A DNA stretch of 64,000 nucleotides from Rhodobacter sp. Lineage in GTDB: Bacteria; Pseudomonadota; Alphaproteobacteria; Rhodobacterales; Rhodobacteraceae. The notes below the pieces were generated by a model, which searched no databases, was not told where the DNA came from, and worked only from the letters and a program-made list of their open reading frames with translations. The stretch covers positions 60,102-124,101 of the forward strand of contig JAIXXB010000032.1 of the NCBI GenBank assembly GCA_027490955.1, written 5' to 3'. The position numbers and the translations under genes are program-made. Of the stretch, positions 1-8,905 are shown one piece after another. Within the stretch, counting starts at the first letter, position 1, and the number at the start of each line of letters is the position of its first letter.

Positions 1-2
1 TG

Positions 3-317
3 CTGAACCCCCGCACGGGCGAAGTCTTGCGCGATGTCTTGCTTATCGCCAATCTGCAAGAGGGCGCAGCAAAACGCAGTGGCATCTCCTCTCGCAGCAC
101 GGGTGCCAGCGGCGGATCGGGGCCGTCGGGCGGTTCGGCTTCGGGCGGCGCTGGATCATCGAGCGATGACGACGACGACGACGATGATGATGATGACCGT
201 GACAATGAAGACGAGGATGACGACCGCGACGACGAGGACGATGATGCGGAGGATGACGATGACGACGACGACAGCGGCAAAGGCCGCGGTCGCGGTCGTG
301 GGGGCGATGATGACTGA
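3..317 (+). CDS. C-terminal part of a PepSY-like secreted protein with Gly/Ser linker and poly-Asp tail (5' end outside window)
   Basis: The frame from nt 3 reads LNPRTGEVLRD, matching VNRNTGEILRD in the paralog at 1663-2160. It is followed by a G/S linker and a D-rich tail ending DDDSGKGRGRGRGGDDD. Confidence 0.75.
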   Translation: MNPRTGEVLRDVLLIANLQEGAAKRSGISSRSTGASGGSGPSGGSASGGAGSSSDDDDDDDDDDDRDNEDEDDDRDDEDDDAEDDDDDDDSGKGRGRGRGGDDD

Positions 318-340
318 CCGATCTTTGCTTTGGGTGTGAT

Positions 341-880
341 GTGCGCAAACCGATCTTTATCGCAGTGATCTTGATCCTTCAGATTCTGTGCGCTTTGTTC
401 TTTGTGTCTGACATTCTTTCTGCATTCTTTGGGTTTTCCACCACGCCCTTGCCATGGGAAATTCGCGAAGTGATGGAAATCTTCGCGGCCTTTGGATTGG
501 TTGTTGGCGTGGTTTTGGGCGCTGTTTTGCTGCGTATCGCTACATCAGATCGCCGCCGCGCCGAATTGCAACTGCGCCGCGCCTCTAGCGCGTTTATGCA
601 GCTTTTGGCCGAAAGAATGGCCGAGTGGGGCCTAACCCCCGCCGAAAGGGACGTGGCCTTATTCGCAATCAAAGGCATGTCCACCGCCGAAATCGCTGCC
701 CTGCGCGCCACGTCCGAAGGGACGATCAAGGCGCAGACAAATGCGATTTACCGCAAAGCGGGCGTGACTGGCCGCGCGCAGTTGATCTCGCTTTTCATTG
801 ATGATCTGGTGGACAAAGATGCGGGCCTGCTGCCACAGGAACCTGCCAGCCCTTCGAAAGATGCCGCGGCCTTGGGATAA
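341..880 (+). CDS. Membrane-anchored LuxR-family HTH regulator (2 TM helices + LuxR HTH)
   Basis: Two hydrophobic N-terminal segments, then LTPAERDVALFAIKGMSTAEIAALRATSEGTIKAQTNAIYRK (LuxR HTH). No receiver domain. Confidence 0.85.
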   Translation: MRKPIFIAVILILQILCALFFVSDILSAFFGFSTTPLPWEIREVMEIFAAFGLVVGVVLGAVLLRIATSDRRRAELQLRRASSAFMQLLAERMAEWGLTPAERDVALFAIKGMSTAEIAALRATSEGTIKAQTNAIYRKAGVTGRAQLISLFIDDLVDKDAGLLPQEPASPSKDAAALG

Positions 881-1112
881 GGCGATCGCGCCTGACCACA
901 GATGATTTTTGCGATCTAAACCCCGACATCATCCTGCACCAACTTTCGTTGATAGCTGCGATTTTCCCGCAGGTTTTGCGCCATAAACCTTTGAGGTATT
1001 GCAATCAACCTTTGGCAGATAGATCAATTGCGAAAATATAGGAAGTTACGCAGGCCAAGGGCAAAAGACCTGTGGTGATGCCTTGGCGTTCAATTGCAAT
1101 GGAGTATGTAAA

Positions 1113-1556
1113 ATGAAAACCCCTGTACTGACGCGGACTGTTCTTTTGGGCGGCGCGTGCCTTTTGTCGGCGATGTGGATATCCAGCGCCAGCTTTGCCG
1201 AAGATGCCCAGCCTTTGCCCGACGATGCTGTCGTGGATGCGGTTGACAATGCTGTGGTGGATGCGGTTGTTGAAACCTTGCCCGAAGCAGATGACGAGGG
1301 CGAGGTTACATTGGCCGAACCCGTGTCAGATTTGGTAGATGAAGAAGCCGTTCTTGTCATCGACCTAGACGATGAATGGATTGCCGATGCGCTGGCATCG
1401 GGGCAACAGTTTGAAATTGGCGCAACGGATGGATCCTTTGTTATTGGCACAACGGATATGGGCGCGAATTCTGATGAGAGCTCTGCCCATCTGACGCAAG
1501 AAGAATGCTTGCGCATGTTCCCAGACCGCGCCGAACTCTGCGCGACCTTTGAATAA
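1113..1556 (+). CDS. Hypothetical secreted acidic protein
   Basis: GGAG RBS at 1101-1104 and ATG at 1113. Signal-peptide-like N-terminus (..ASFA|ED), very D/E-rich body, C-terminal Cys pair (ECLRMFPDRAELC). Confidence 0.7.
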   Translation: MKTPVLTRTVLLGGACLLSAMWISSASFAEDAQPLPDDAVVDAVDNAVVDAVVETLPEADDEGEVTLAEPVSDLVDEEAVLVIDLDDEWIADALASGQQFEIGATDGSFVIGTTDMGANSDESSAHLTQEECLRMFPDRAELCATFE

Positions 1557-1662
1557 GGTTTAACGTTATGGGCGCTGGCATATTCGCCTAAAGGTGGATT
1601 AAGCTTTCGGCATGTGGAATCGCGGCCAGTGCCCATATCTATTCTGCGATTGGGGGGGTGAA

Positions 1663-2160
1663 GTGAAATCAGTTATTGGGGGCCTCGTGCTGATCTTTGG
1701 CATGGCCAATGCGTCTTGGGCGCTGAGCACGGAAGAAAAATTTGTGGTCGGCTTACAGGCCCAAGGGTTCACAATTGTTGAACGCGAAAAAACCTTTTTT
1801 GGCCGCCTCAGGATCATTGCTGAAAACGAAAAAGTGCGCCGCGAGATTGTGGTCAATCGCAACACGGGCGAGATTTTGCGGGACTATTCGGTGCTGCTGA
1901 CCGATCTTGCAGATGTGCATAGCGGCAGCACTGCGGGGCAAACCGCGACGGCAGATCACACAAACGATCGCGACAGTGCCTATGCGCTGCCTGCGCCCGC
2001 TGGTGGCGTGGTGGCCGCCTTTGGGCCAACATCGACTGCTGATGTCTATGTGGTGGAAAAACGGCGGGGTGCGAGCGGTGATGTGGACGAAGTTGTGATC
2101 TTCATCTCACCCGTCGATGTGTCCACAGTTGATGCCGTGCCTGTTGAAACTGATGACTAG
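1663..2160 (+). CDS. Secreted PepSY-like protein (paralog of the gene ending at 317)
   Basis: GTG start at 1663, signal peptide (..ASWA|LS), PepSY-like core LQAQGFTIVEREKTFFGRLRIIAENEKVRREIVVNRNTGEILRD, low-complexity acidic tail. Confidence 0.7.
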   Translation: MKSVIGGLVLIFGMANASWALSTEEKFVVGLQAQGFTIVEREKTFFGRLRIIAENEKVRREIVVNRNTGEILRDYSVLLTDLADVHSGSTAGQTATADHTNDRDSAYALPAPAGGVVAAFGPTSTADVYVVEKRRGASGDVDEVVIFISPVDVSTVDAVPVETDD

Positions 2161-2704
2161 GGCAAGCGTCTTTTTGGCCCTGCTGCTGGCCCAAGCGATG
2201 TGCGCTGCTTTCTTTTCATCTGATTTGCTGATGTCTGCATTGGGCATTTCTACCGCGCCCCTGTCATGGACAATGCGCGAATTGATGGAACTGGGTGCGT
2301 TGATTGGCCTGTTTTTAGGCATGGTCTTTGGCGGCATTTTGGTCTGGCGCGCCTTTCGCGATCTGTCGCGGGCCGAGCAGCAATTGCAGCGCGCATCCAG
2401 CGCCTTTGTTGATTTGATGAACACAAGATTTGGCGAATGGAACCTGACAAGCGCCGAGAGGGATGTGGCCCTGCTTGCCATCAAGGGTTTGAACGTGCAA
2501 GAGATCGCGCAATTGCGCAACACCAGCGAAGGCACTGTCAAATCGCAAACTGCACAAATCTATCGCAAAGCCGAGGTAACAGGCCGCCCACAACTGCTCA
2601 GCCTGTTTATTGAAGATCTGCTGGGGGTCGAGCGCGCCGCGCCAGCGGCCAGTTCAGCCAATATGCCGTTTAGCCCGTCTTTTCTGCGCGTAGGGCGGAA
2701 ATAA
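2153..2704 (+). CDS. Membrane-anchored LuxR-family HTH regulator, second copy
   Basis: ATG at 2153 overlaps the upstream stop. Same architecture as 341-880, with shared PLxWxxRExME and LTxAERDVAL..IKG..EIA.LR.TSEGT.K.Q...IYRKA motifs. Confidence 0.85.
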   Translation: MTRASVFLALLLAQAMCAAFFSSDLLMSALGISTAPLSWTMRELMELGALIGLFLGMVFGGILVWRAFRDLSRAEQQLQRASSAFVDLMNTRFGEWNLTSAERDVALLAIKGLNVQEIAQLRNTSEGTVKSQTAQIYRKAEVTGRPQLLSLFIEDLLGVERAAPAASSANMPFSPSFLRVGRK

Positions 2705-2752
2705 TCCGCCAGATCTTGCACGCATGCCACGTGGCCGCGCATCGGCCAAGGG

Positions 2753-3139
2753 TCAGCGCGAAATCGCGTAACGCTGCAATATCTCCAGCGGGACAACCGC
2801 TAAAGTGGCGATATGCGTGGCGGCCAAATTGACCTGCGGGGCCGCGCCTTCCTCATGCGCTTGTAGGAACCGCGCCGCGCAAAGACACCAGCGATCCCCT
2901 GCCTTTAGCCCTGCAAAGCCATATTCGGGGCGCGGGGTGGACAGATCGTTGCCAAGGTATTTTGACAGGGCCAAAAACTCATCTGTCATGATCGCGCAGA
3001 CCGAATGCAAACCGCCATCCATATGGCCAGTGTTGCAGCAGCCATCGCGGAAATAGCCTGTCATAGGTGCGGTCGAGCAGGTTTCCAGCGCCCCGCCCAG
3101 CACGTTGGTCGAGGGAAACATCGCGTCAGAAATAGCCAT
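2753..3139 (-). CDS. DUF2237 family protein
   Basis: NVLGGALETCSTAPMTGYFRDGCC and GDRWCLCAARF motifs are typical of DUF2237. ATG overlaps the upstream TAA (TAATG). Confidence 0.85.
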   Translation of the reverse strand: MAISDAMFPSTNVLGGALETCSTAPMTGYFRDGCCNTGHMDGGLHSVCAIMTDEFLALSKYLGNDLSTPRPEYGFAGLKAGDRWCLCAARFLQAHEEGAAPQVNLAATHIATLAVVPLEILQRYAISR

Positions 3140-4047
3140 TAAAACACCTGTGAAAAGCGGGGGGGAAGGCGGTAAAGTTCTTTTGTGCGTCCGCCGCCCC
3201 AAAAGGCGACTTTGCCATCGTGTAAAAGTTGCTGGCCATCGATCATCTTGGCGCGAAATTCGGGCAGCGCGATGTCTTCGCGCACAGGAACGCCGCTGGC
3301 CAGCGCCTTGAAATTTTCCAAATCTTTTCCCCAAGCATGGCCCACATCTTTCGGGTCTTTCTCGCCTGTCATGATATCGCGCATTTCCCGCCGCCCCGCC
3401 AGCCTTGCGCAGGTGATATCATAGTCAAAAAAGCGCAGATGGATCAGGTAAAGATGTGGGTCAAGAACGCGGGGCAGATGGTTGTTGGCATGTCCACCGA
3501 TGGTAAAGGCGACATCGCGGCGCATCACGCAGGGCTTGGCGTAATTGGCATTGGCGCGAAAGACACGGCGGCGCGATAGGATGGTGGCATCGTCTGTGAT
3601 CGGGTCTGTTTCCACCTCGGGATTGTGAATCAGTTCTATCGCAAAGGGGCAGAGCGATTTGGGCACATCGCGCCCCTCATAGCGCCGCATGTAAGTGATC
3701 AGATCAGGGGCAATGTCGGGGTCGACCACCACCACCTCATCGACATCGCCTACAAAAAGCCAATTGTAATAGCGCAGCATGCCGCTGGCGAATTGGGAAA
3801 TAAAGGCCCAGCGGCGGCGGTCTAACCGAAACATCGTCGGGTCGCGTGGCAGGGTGATGATGTTGCACCCCGCGCCGATGCGGGCATGTTCGGCGTCACC
3901 CCCATGTGAAAGGATATACAGATGCTGGCGGCCAAATTGCGCGCCGTAATGGCGCACCCAGCGTTCGAGAAAAAAGTAATCCTGATAGGCCATCGTGATG
4001 GCCCCGCAGGGTACTTTGGTAGGGTCCATGATGCCGCGCTCTGCCAT
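3139..4047 (-). CDS. Glycosyltransferase family 2-like protein (Glyco_tranf_2_4 type)
   Basis: FLERWVRHYG, YILSHGGD, VGDVDE (DxD) and NYAKPC motifs. Paralog of 6581-7471. Confidence 0.75.
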   Translation of the reverse strand: MAERGIMDPTKVPCGAITMAYQDYFFLERWVRHYGAQFGRQHLYILSHGGDAEHARIGAGCNIITLPRDPTMFRLDRRRWAFISQFASGMLRYYNWLFVGDVDEVVVVDPDIAPDLITYMRRYEGRDVPKSLCPFAIELIHNPEVETDPITDDATILSRRRVFRANANYAKPCVMRRDVAFTIGGHANNHLPRVLDPHLYLIHLRFFDYDITCARLAGRREMRDIMTGEKDPKDVGHAWGKDLENFKALASGVPVREDIALPEFRAKMIDGQQLLHDGKVAFWGGGRTKELYRLPPRFSQVF

Positions 4048-4056
4048 GCCGCCCTT

Positions 4057-4704
4057 TTAGCGTGAAGAGAAGAACCCTTGCAACATCGCCGAAAACTGGG
4101 CGTTGTCATAGCTGCGCGGTGTCACGTCAAAGCGCACCATGCGCCCGCGCGTCTCGGCAATGGGAAACCAAGCCTCGGCCATAGAATACAGCGAATTTTC
4201 ACGGCCGACATAATCGTCCCACAGCACAGTTACGGGGCGGCGTGTGTTGAGGGCCGTGGCCAAAAAGCAGCCCAGCCGAAAGCGCCCGTCAATCAGCACA
4301 AGATCAGGGTCGATCCGGCCCGCCTCTTGCCAAAAGGCCATGGGATAGGCCCAATAGCGCCGCCAATCATTATGGTTGGCAGGCATGCCCCATTCGCGGG
4401 TTTTGCCGATATTGGCGTGGCGAATATCGATGCTCGGGCGCATGACACCCGCGCGCGTCAGCGTATCGATCAGATTTGCCGCCCATTTTGCGTCGCTTTC
4501 AATCGACACGATCGGCGCGCGAGAATGGCAGGCAGCATAGGCCGTAGATCCGCCCGATCCATATTCCAAAATCGCTTTGGCGCGGCGGTAATGGTCTTGC
4601 ACCCAATCCCTTTCCACCTGCGGCATCGACATTTCTGGCAAGGCTACGGCAGGGTCAGGTAGGGGCAAATCTGGCAAGGTCTTGGCTTTTGGGCGGCTGG
4701 CCAT
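4057..4704 (-). CDS. Putative class I SAM-dependent methyltransferase-fold protein
   Basis: ILEYGSGGST (motif I), IVSIESD, DLVLIDGRFR and LWDDY motifs. Start uncertain (4737 or 4704). Confidence 0.6.
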   Translation of the reverse strand: MASRPKAKTLPDLPLPDPAVALPEMSMPQVERDWVQDHYRRAKAILEYGSGGSTAYAACHSRAPIVSIESDAKWAANLIDTLTRAGVMRPSIDIRHANIGKTREWGMPANHNDWRRYWAYPMAFWQEAGRIDPDLVLIDGRFRLGCFLATALNTRRPVTVLWDDYVGRENSLYSMAEAWFPIAETRGRMVRFDVTPRSYDNAQFSAMLQGFFSSR

Positions 4705-4864
4705 GTCATTATCCTTGGGCGCAGGTCTTTTGGGCAAACTTTGCGCAAAAATCGCCCCCGCGCAACCATCTGTTTCTTAAAATGAAACAATTCCCTTTCT
4801 TGCAGCCAAAGACTATCTTGGGCAGAATAGAGACAGACCAGTGTATCGGGGTAAGGGGCAATTC

Positions 4865-5611
4865 GTGCTGACAATCGCGCAATCTGTGCCGAAAGCCTGC
4901 CTTTTGGGCGGCGAAGGGCAAAGTCTTGCGGCCGCAGTTTTGGCCAGTGGCGGGTTGTGGTTTTGCGCCCATACCGATGAGGTGCTGATCGATGGCGATG
5001 CAATCACAGGCTGGCGCGCCCGCGTGGGCACTCATGCATTGCGGCCAACTGTTCCCAATACGGGTGGAACAGTGTTTGATACCGCATGTCCAAGTTTTGT
5101 TTTGCAAACGGGTGTGCATTGCGGTTTCACCTTACCAAATGCGGTGAAAAAGCTGGGCCAATTTACCGCCGCTGTGATTTTTGCAGCCCCCGATGATGAT
5201 ATTCGCAGCCTGTTTGCCCTAAACACAGGCCCTGCAAATGAGATGATTTTTCTGTCCGAGGCAGAGGGCCAGATTTTTGCCAAGGATCGCGCAGGCGGCG
5301 TGGCCGTTTATTTGCCTAGCCCCCAGCACCGCAGTCGCCGCTGGCGTATGGCGATTTTGTCCTACACGGGGCGGCAATTGCACCTGTGGGCCGATGGTGC
5401 AAGCGCGGTTGGCACTGGCGTGGCCTTGGGGATGGATGGGCCTGCCGATATGTTTGTCGGATGCAGGTCGAACCGCGCAGGCCTGTCCAAAACGCTAGGT
5501 GCGGGCCGCATTCGTGATGTGCTTTTTTGGGATAAGCGCGCGCTGTTGGCCGAAGACAACAGCACTGAATTGGCTGCGCTGCACCGCTACTTCCGCTGGA
5601 CAACCGCATGA
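4865..5611 (+). CDS. Hypothetical protein, possible concanavalin A/LamG-like beta-sandwich
   Basis: Long ORF whose stop overlaps the next start (ATGA at 5608-5611). FTAAVIF, WRMAILSYTGRQLHLWADG and FVGCRS resemble a LamG-like strand pattern (inference). Start uncertain (4841 or 4865). Confidence 0.55.
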   Translation: MLTIAQSVPKACLLGGEGQSLAAAVLASGGLWFCAHTDEVLIDGDAITGWRARVGTHALRPTVPNTGGTVFDTACPSFVLQTGVHCGFTLPNAVKKLGQFTAAVIFAAPDDDIRSLFALNTGPANEMIFLSEAEGQIFAKDRAGGVAVYLPSPQHRSRRWRMAILSYTGRQLHLWADGASAVGTGVALGMDGPADMFVGCRSNRAGLSKTLGAGRIRDVLFWDKRALLAEDNSTELAALHRYFRWTTA

Positions 5612-6576
5612 GCGATGAAGTCCCCCTCAGCCTGCCGCCGCAGGTGCAACTGTCCAGCGCCGCGCCAGAGGGTCGGTTTTTGGTGTTGGGGCAAGGGGCG
5701 CTGGCAGGGGCGAACCTGTGGTATGAACCCAGCGCGGGTATCGGCCCCCATGGGCGCGATTTGATCATCAGCTTTGACAACCTTGCCACCATTGACGAAG
5801 GCTGGCCGCGCGGGCCTTGGGCCTATCGCCGCCTTGCGCCGATTGGGGCGGCGGTCTTGGGTGTGCAAAGCCATGGCAAAGATTGGTTTCGCTGCACGGG
5901 CGCGCCCGATATGTTGCGCACCCTTGCGGCGCAACATTTTTTCGACGGGTTCGCCAATATCGTGATGATCGGCGCATCCATGGGCGGGTTTGCTGCGCTG
6001 AACTTTGCCCCGCTTGTGCCGCGCGCGCGCGTGATTGCGCTGTCGGCGCAAACCTCTATGTCCAAACATATTGCGCCCTTTGAGGCGCGCTTTCCCTTTG
6101 CCGTGCGTAAATCGAACTGGGAGGCGCAGCCATTTTTGGATGCGGCCGCAGCTATTGCCTATATCCCTGCCGTGGCCCTGCTATATGATCCGTTCACGCC
6201 CGAGGATCGCGCCCATGCCGCCCGCATGGCCGCGCCCCATGTGCAGGCCATTCGCCTGAACCATGCCACGCACGAGGCCATCCGCGTGGTGATGAAGGCA
6301 GGTGCATTTCAGGGATTGGTGCAGGATATGCTGGCGCAAGGGCGCGTAACACCCGCCTTTTGGGCGCAGTATCGGGCGCGCAAATCTGTGCCAAAATGGC
6401 AAAAATCGCTGCTGTTTACTGCCCTAGAGCGGGGGCATTATCGCGGCGTTTTGCGCGGTGCAAATCAGGTTTTGGCCATGGGTTTGGAATCGGGCCTTGC
6501 CGAAGAGGAATTGGTCTTTGCCCGCCGCGCGCGGCGCGAGGCGCTGCGCCATTTGGATGCAAAGGCGGCGGAATAG
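5608..6576 (+). CDS. Alpha/beta-hydrolase-fold protein of a polysaccharide locus
   Basis: Nucleophile elbow IGASMGG, with DLIISFDNL, LLYDP and HATH motifs. Translationally coupled to the upstream gene. Confidence 0.7.
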   Translation: MSDEVPLSLPPQVQLSSAAPEGRFLVLGQGALAGANLWYEPSAGIGPHGRDLIISFDNLATIDEGWPRGPWAYRRLAPIGAAVLGVQSHGKDWFRCTGAPDMLRTLAAQHFFDGFANIVMIGASMGGFAALNFAPLVPRARVIALSAQTSMSKHIAPFEARFPFAVRKSNWEAQPFLDAAAAIAYIPAVALLYDPFTPEDRAHAARMAAPHVQAIRLNHATHEAIRVVMKAGAFQGLVQDMLAQGRVTPAFWAQYRARKSVPKWQKSLLFTALERGHYRGVLRGANQVLAMGLESGLAEEELVFARRARREALRHLDAKAAE

Positions 6577-6580
6577 GCAA

Positions 6581-7471
6581 ATGGACACAACCCGCGCAGC
6601 GATGATGGCAATGACAATGGTGGGCGGCGACCATTTCTTTTTGCGCCGCTGGGTCGAATATTATGGCCGCCAATTGGGGCGCGAGAATTGCTATGTCCTT
6701 TCACATGGCGGCGATCCCGAACACAAGAAAATCGCCGAAGGCTGCAATGTGATCTACCTGCCCTATGATCCCACGCGCGATTGCTTTAATCAGCGCCGCT
6801 GGCAAATGCTCTCGCGCCTCACGTCGGCATTTACCAGCTTTTACAATTGGGTTTTGGTGGGCGATGTGGATGAATTGGTGGTGGTCGATCCTGCCGTCTC
6901 GCCAAGCTTGCGCGATTATGTCGCCGCGATAAACCCTAAAGGTGGGCCAAAGGTGCTGACCCCCTTTGCCATTGAAATGGTTCATACGCCCGAGTCAGAG
7001 CCCGAAAAAATCAGCGATGATCGCAAAATCCTTTCGGTGCGGCGCAATTTTCGCCTGAATGCCAACTATGCAAAGCCCTGTATCACCGCAACGAATATAG
7101 ACATCGTTCCGGGCGGGCATTTTGCCAGCCATCCCCACCTGCATCTGGATCCGCATCTTTACCTGTTTCACCTGCGCTTTATCGATTACGATCTTTGCGC
7201 AGCCCGCCTTGCCACCCGCCGCGCCCAACGCGAAATTCAAAGCGGCGCTCTCGAGGAAGTTACCCGCGAAAAGACGGGCTGGGATACAGCTTGGGATACC
7301 TATATCAGCATCTGCAAACAAAAACCCATTCGCGAAGATGTCGAGTTTGCCGATTTTCGTGCCGAGATGAAGGCAGGCTGGCGCGTGAAGAAAGATGTGT
7401 ATTGGGCGCCAGGTGGCGCGCGGCCAAAGGGGCTGTATTCGCTGCCCCCGCGATTTGCAGAGGTGTTTTAG
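6581..7471 (+). CDS. Glycosyltransferase family 2-like protein (Glyco_tranf_2_4 type)
   Basis: FLRRWVEYYG, YVLSHGGD, VGDVDE, NYAKPC and DPHLYLFHLRF motifs. ATG 4 nt after the previous stop. Confidence 0.75.
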   Translation: MDTTRAAMMAMTMVGGDHFFLRRWVEYYGRQLGRENCYVLSHGGDPEHKKIAEGCNVIYLPYDPTRDCFNQRRWQMLSRLTSAFTSFYNWVLVGDVDELVVVDPAVSPSLRDYVAAINPKGGPKVLTPFAIEMVHTPESEPEKISDDRKILSVRRNFRLNANYAKPCITATNIDIVPGGHFASHPHLHLDPHLYLFHLRFIDYDLCAARLATRRAQREIQSGALEEVTREKTGWDTAWDTYISICKQKPIREDVEFADFRAEMKAGWRVKKDVYWAPGGARPKGLYSLPPRFAEVF

Positions 7472-8905
7472 ATGGCCGATCCCGCAAAAACAGGCGTGAT
7501 CATCCGCGCGGAAAATGGCGATGTGATTGGCTGGGATGACACGGGGCTGACGCTGCATCTGTCTGACCGCGTGATTGCCGATATCGCAGCGCGCCTTGAT
7601 TTGCCACAGGTTGCTGCGCCGCACGCCGCCCCTGATCTTGTGCCATTGGGCGATGATATCGACGCGTGGGATGTTCAGATGCGCGGCGACTGGCTGCATT
7701 TCACCGCCAATTTAGCGGGGGCTGACGGCACGCGCGGCTATATGCGCCACAAAGATGATGCGACAATATTGGCGGCAAGTCATCTGCCCGTCATGGGTAT
7801 CTTTGCGCTGGGCGGCGCGCGTGCGCAGCTTGGCCAACCACTGCACACGCGCTTTCCCTATCATCTGTTCGCCCCTGCCGATGATATTGGCGCAGCGGGC
7901 ATGGGCGGGCTGGGCGAGGCAATCTTTACCCCCAAACTTTTGCCCATCCGCGAGATGACGCATGAGGCGCTTTTGGCCGAAACTTTGCTGTCTTTGCGCA
8001 AATCGGCGGGGGCGGGGCTGCCCTTGTTTGTGCTGCGTGCGGAAACCGATCTGGCAGCCAGCGCCGCCGATTTGGGCAAAGGCGCGGCCATGGGAAATTT
8101 TGAAAAAGCCCTGCAAAACCATGCCGCCGCCGCCGCCCGCCTTGGCCGACCTGCCAAAGTTGCGGCTGTGTGTTTGGATTACTGCCTAGAGGATATCTTG
8201 GGCGATGCGGCTGCTTACCGCGATGGGATCATGGCCGTGATGGCGCAAATCACCCAATATCTGGGCCGCCTAGGTGCGCCGCGCCCCATTTTCCTTGCGG
8301 GGTTTGATTGCGGCACGCAAACCATCACAACAGGCGCGGCGCTAGAGGGGCAGTGGGAATTGTCATGGAACCATGGCGATCATCCGCTGGTCTGCACGGG
8401 GCCAAGCTATGCCTATGCGATCGACGACACGGGCCGCCTGACTGATATTGGCCAGCGGACAAAGGCCGAGATGTCGGCGCATGCCCTTTTGGCAAGCGAA
8501 AGCGGTGCGGGCTGGCTTTGCCCAACCATCCAATTGGCTGAACGGCAGGGCCAAGACATTCGCCTGATCTGCAGCGCGGCAGAGGGGTTGGTGATTGATA
8601 CATCCGACCCCTTTGATGCGGGCAAGCAGGCGGGCTTTCGGCTTGATGGTGCAACCAACGGCGCCCAAATCACCGCAGTCGAGATCGACGCAAAAGACAA
8701 GCGTGCGGTGATCTTGCGCTGTTCGGCCCGCCCCGAAGGTGAGGTGTTTGTCGCCTATGCCCATGGCGCAGTGCCGCGCGCGCGCGCGCATGACTATCCC
8801 GCCAATGCAGGGGCGCTGCGCGATGAATGGGCCGCGCAGGGCACGCATGGCACGCTGCACCGCTGGGCGCTGCCCGCCCGATTGCGCCTGACGGATGGCG
8901 GCTGA
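7472..8905 (+). CDS. Hypothetical protein, possible degenerate SGNH/SASA-like domain
   Basis: 477-aa ORF abutting both neighbours (starts directly after the upstream stop; TGATG overlap downstream). Block spacing resembles SGNH acetylesterases, but the catalytic residues are not present. Confidence 0.6.
   Translation: MADPAKTGVIIRAENGDVIGWDDTGLTLHLSDRVIADIAARLDLPQVAAPHAAPDLVPLGDDIDAWDVQMRGDWLHFTANLAGADGTRGYMRHKDDATILAASHLPVMGIFALGGARAQLGQPLHTRFPYHLFAPADDIGAAGMGGLGEAIFTPKLLPIREMTHEALLAETLLSLRKSAGAGLPLFVLRAETDLAASAADLGKGAAMGNFEKALQNHAAAAARLGRPAKVAAVCLDYCLEDILGDAAAYRDGIMAVMAQITQYLGRLGAPRPIFLAGFDCGTQTITTGAALEGQWELSWNHGDHPLVCTGPSYAYAIDDTGRLTDIGQRTKAEMSAHALLASESGAGWLCPTIQLAERQGQDIRLICSAAEGLVIDTSDPFDAGKQAGFRLDGATNGAQITAVEIDAKDKRAVILRCSARPEGEVFVAYAHGAVPRARAHDYPANAGALRDEWAAQGTHGTLHRWALPARLRLTDGG

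Noticed and set aside
43-348. His/Arg-rich ORF on the minus strand (and Thr/Met-rich ORF 34-339 on plus)
   Set aside because: These are alternative-frame shadows of the GAY-repeat Asp tract of the real gene.
1549-1564. CtrA box upstream of the second PepSY-like gene
   Set aside because: TTGA-N7-TTAAC has a mismatch and overlaps the upstream stop codon, so it is too weak alone.
4865-8905. Prophage or tail-gene remnant
   Set aside because: There are no integrase, capsid, terminase or tail structural genes, and the genes are coupled with glycosyltransferases in an operon.
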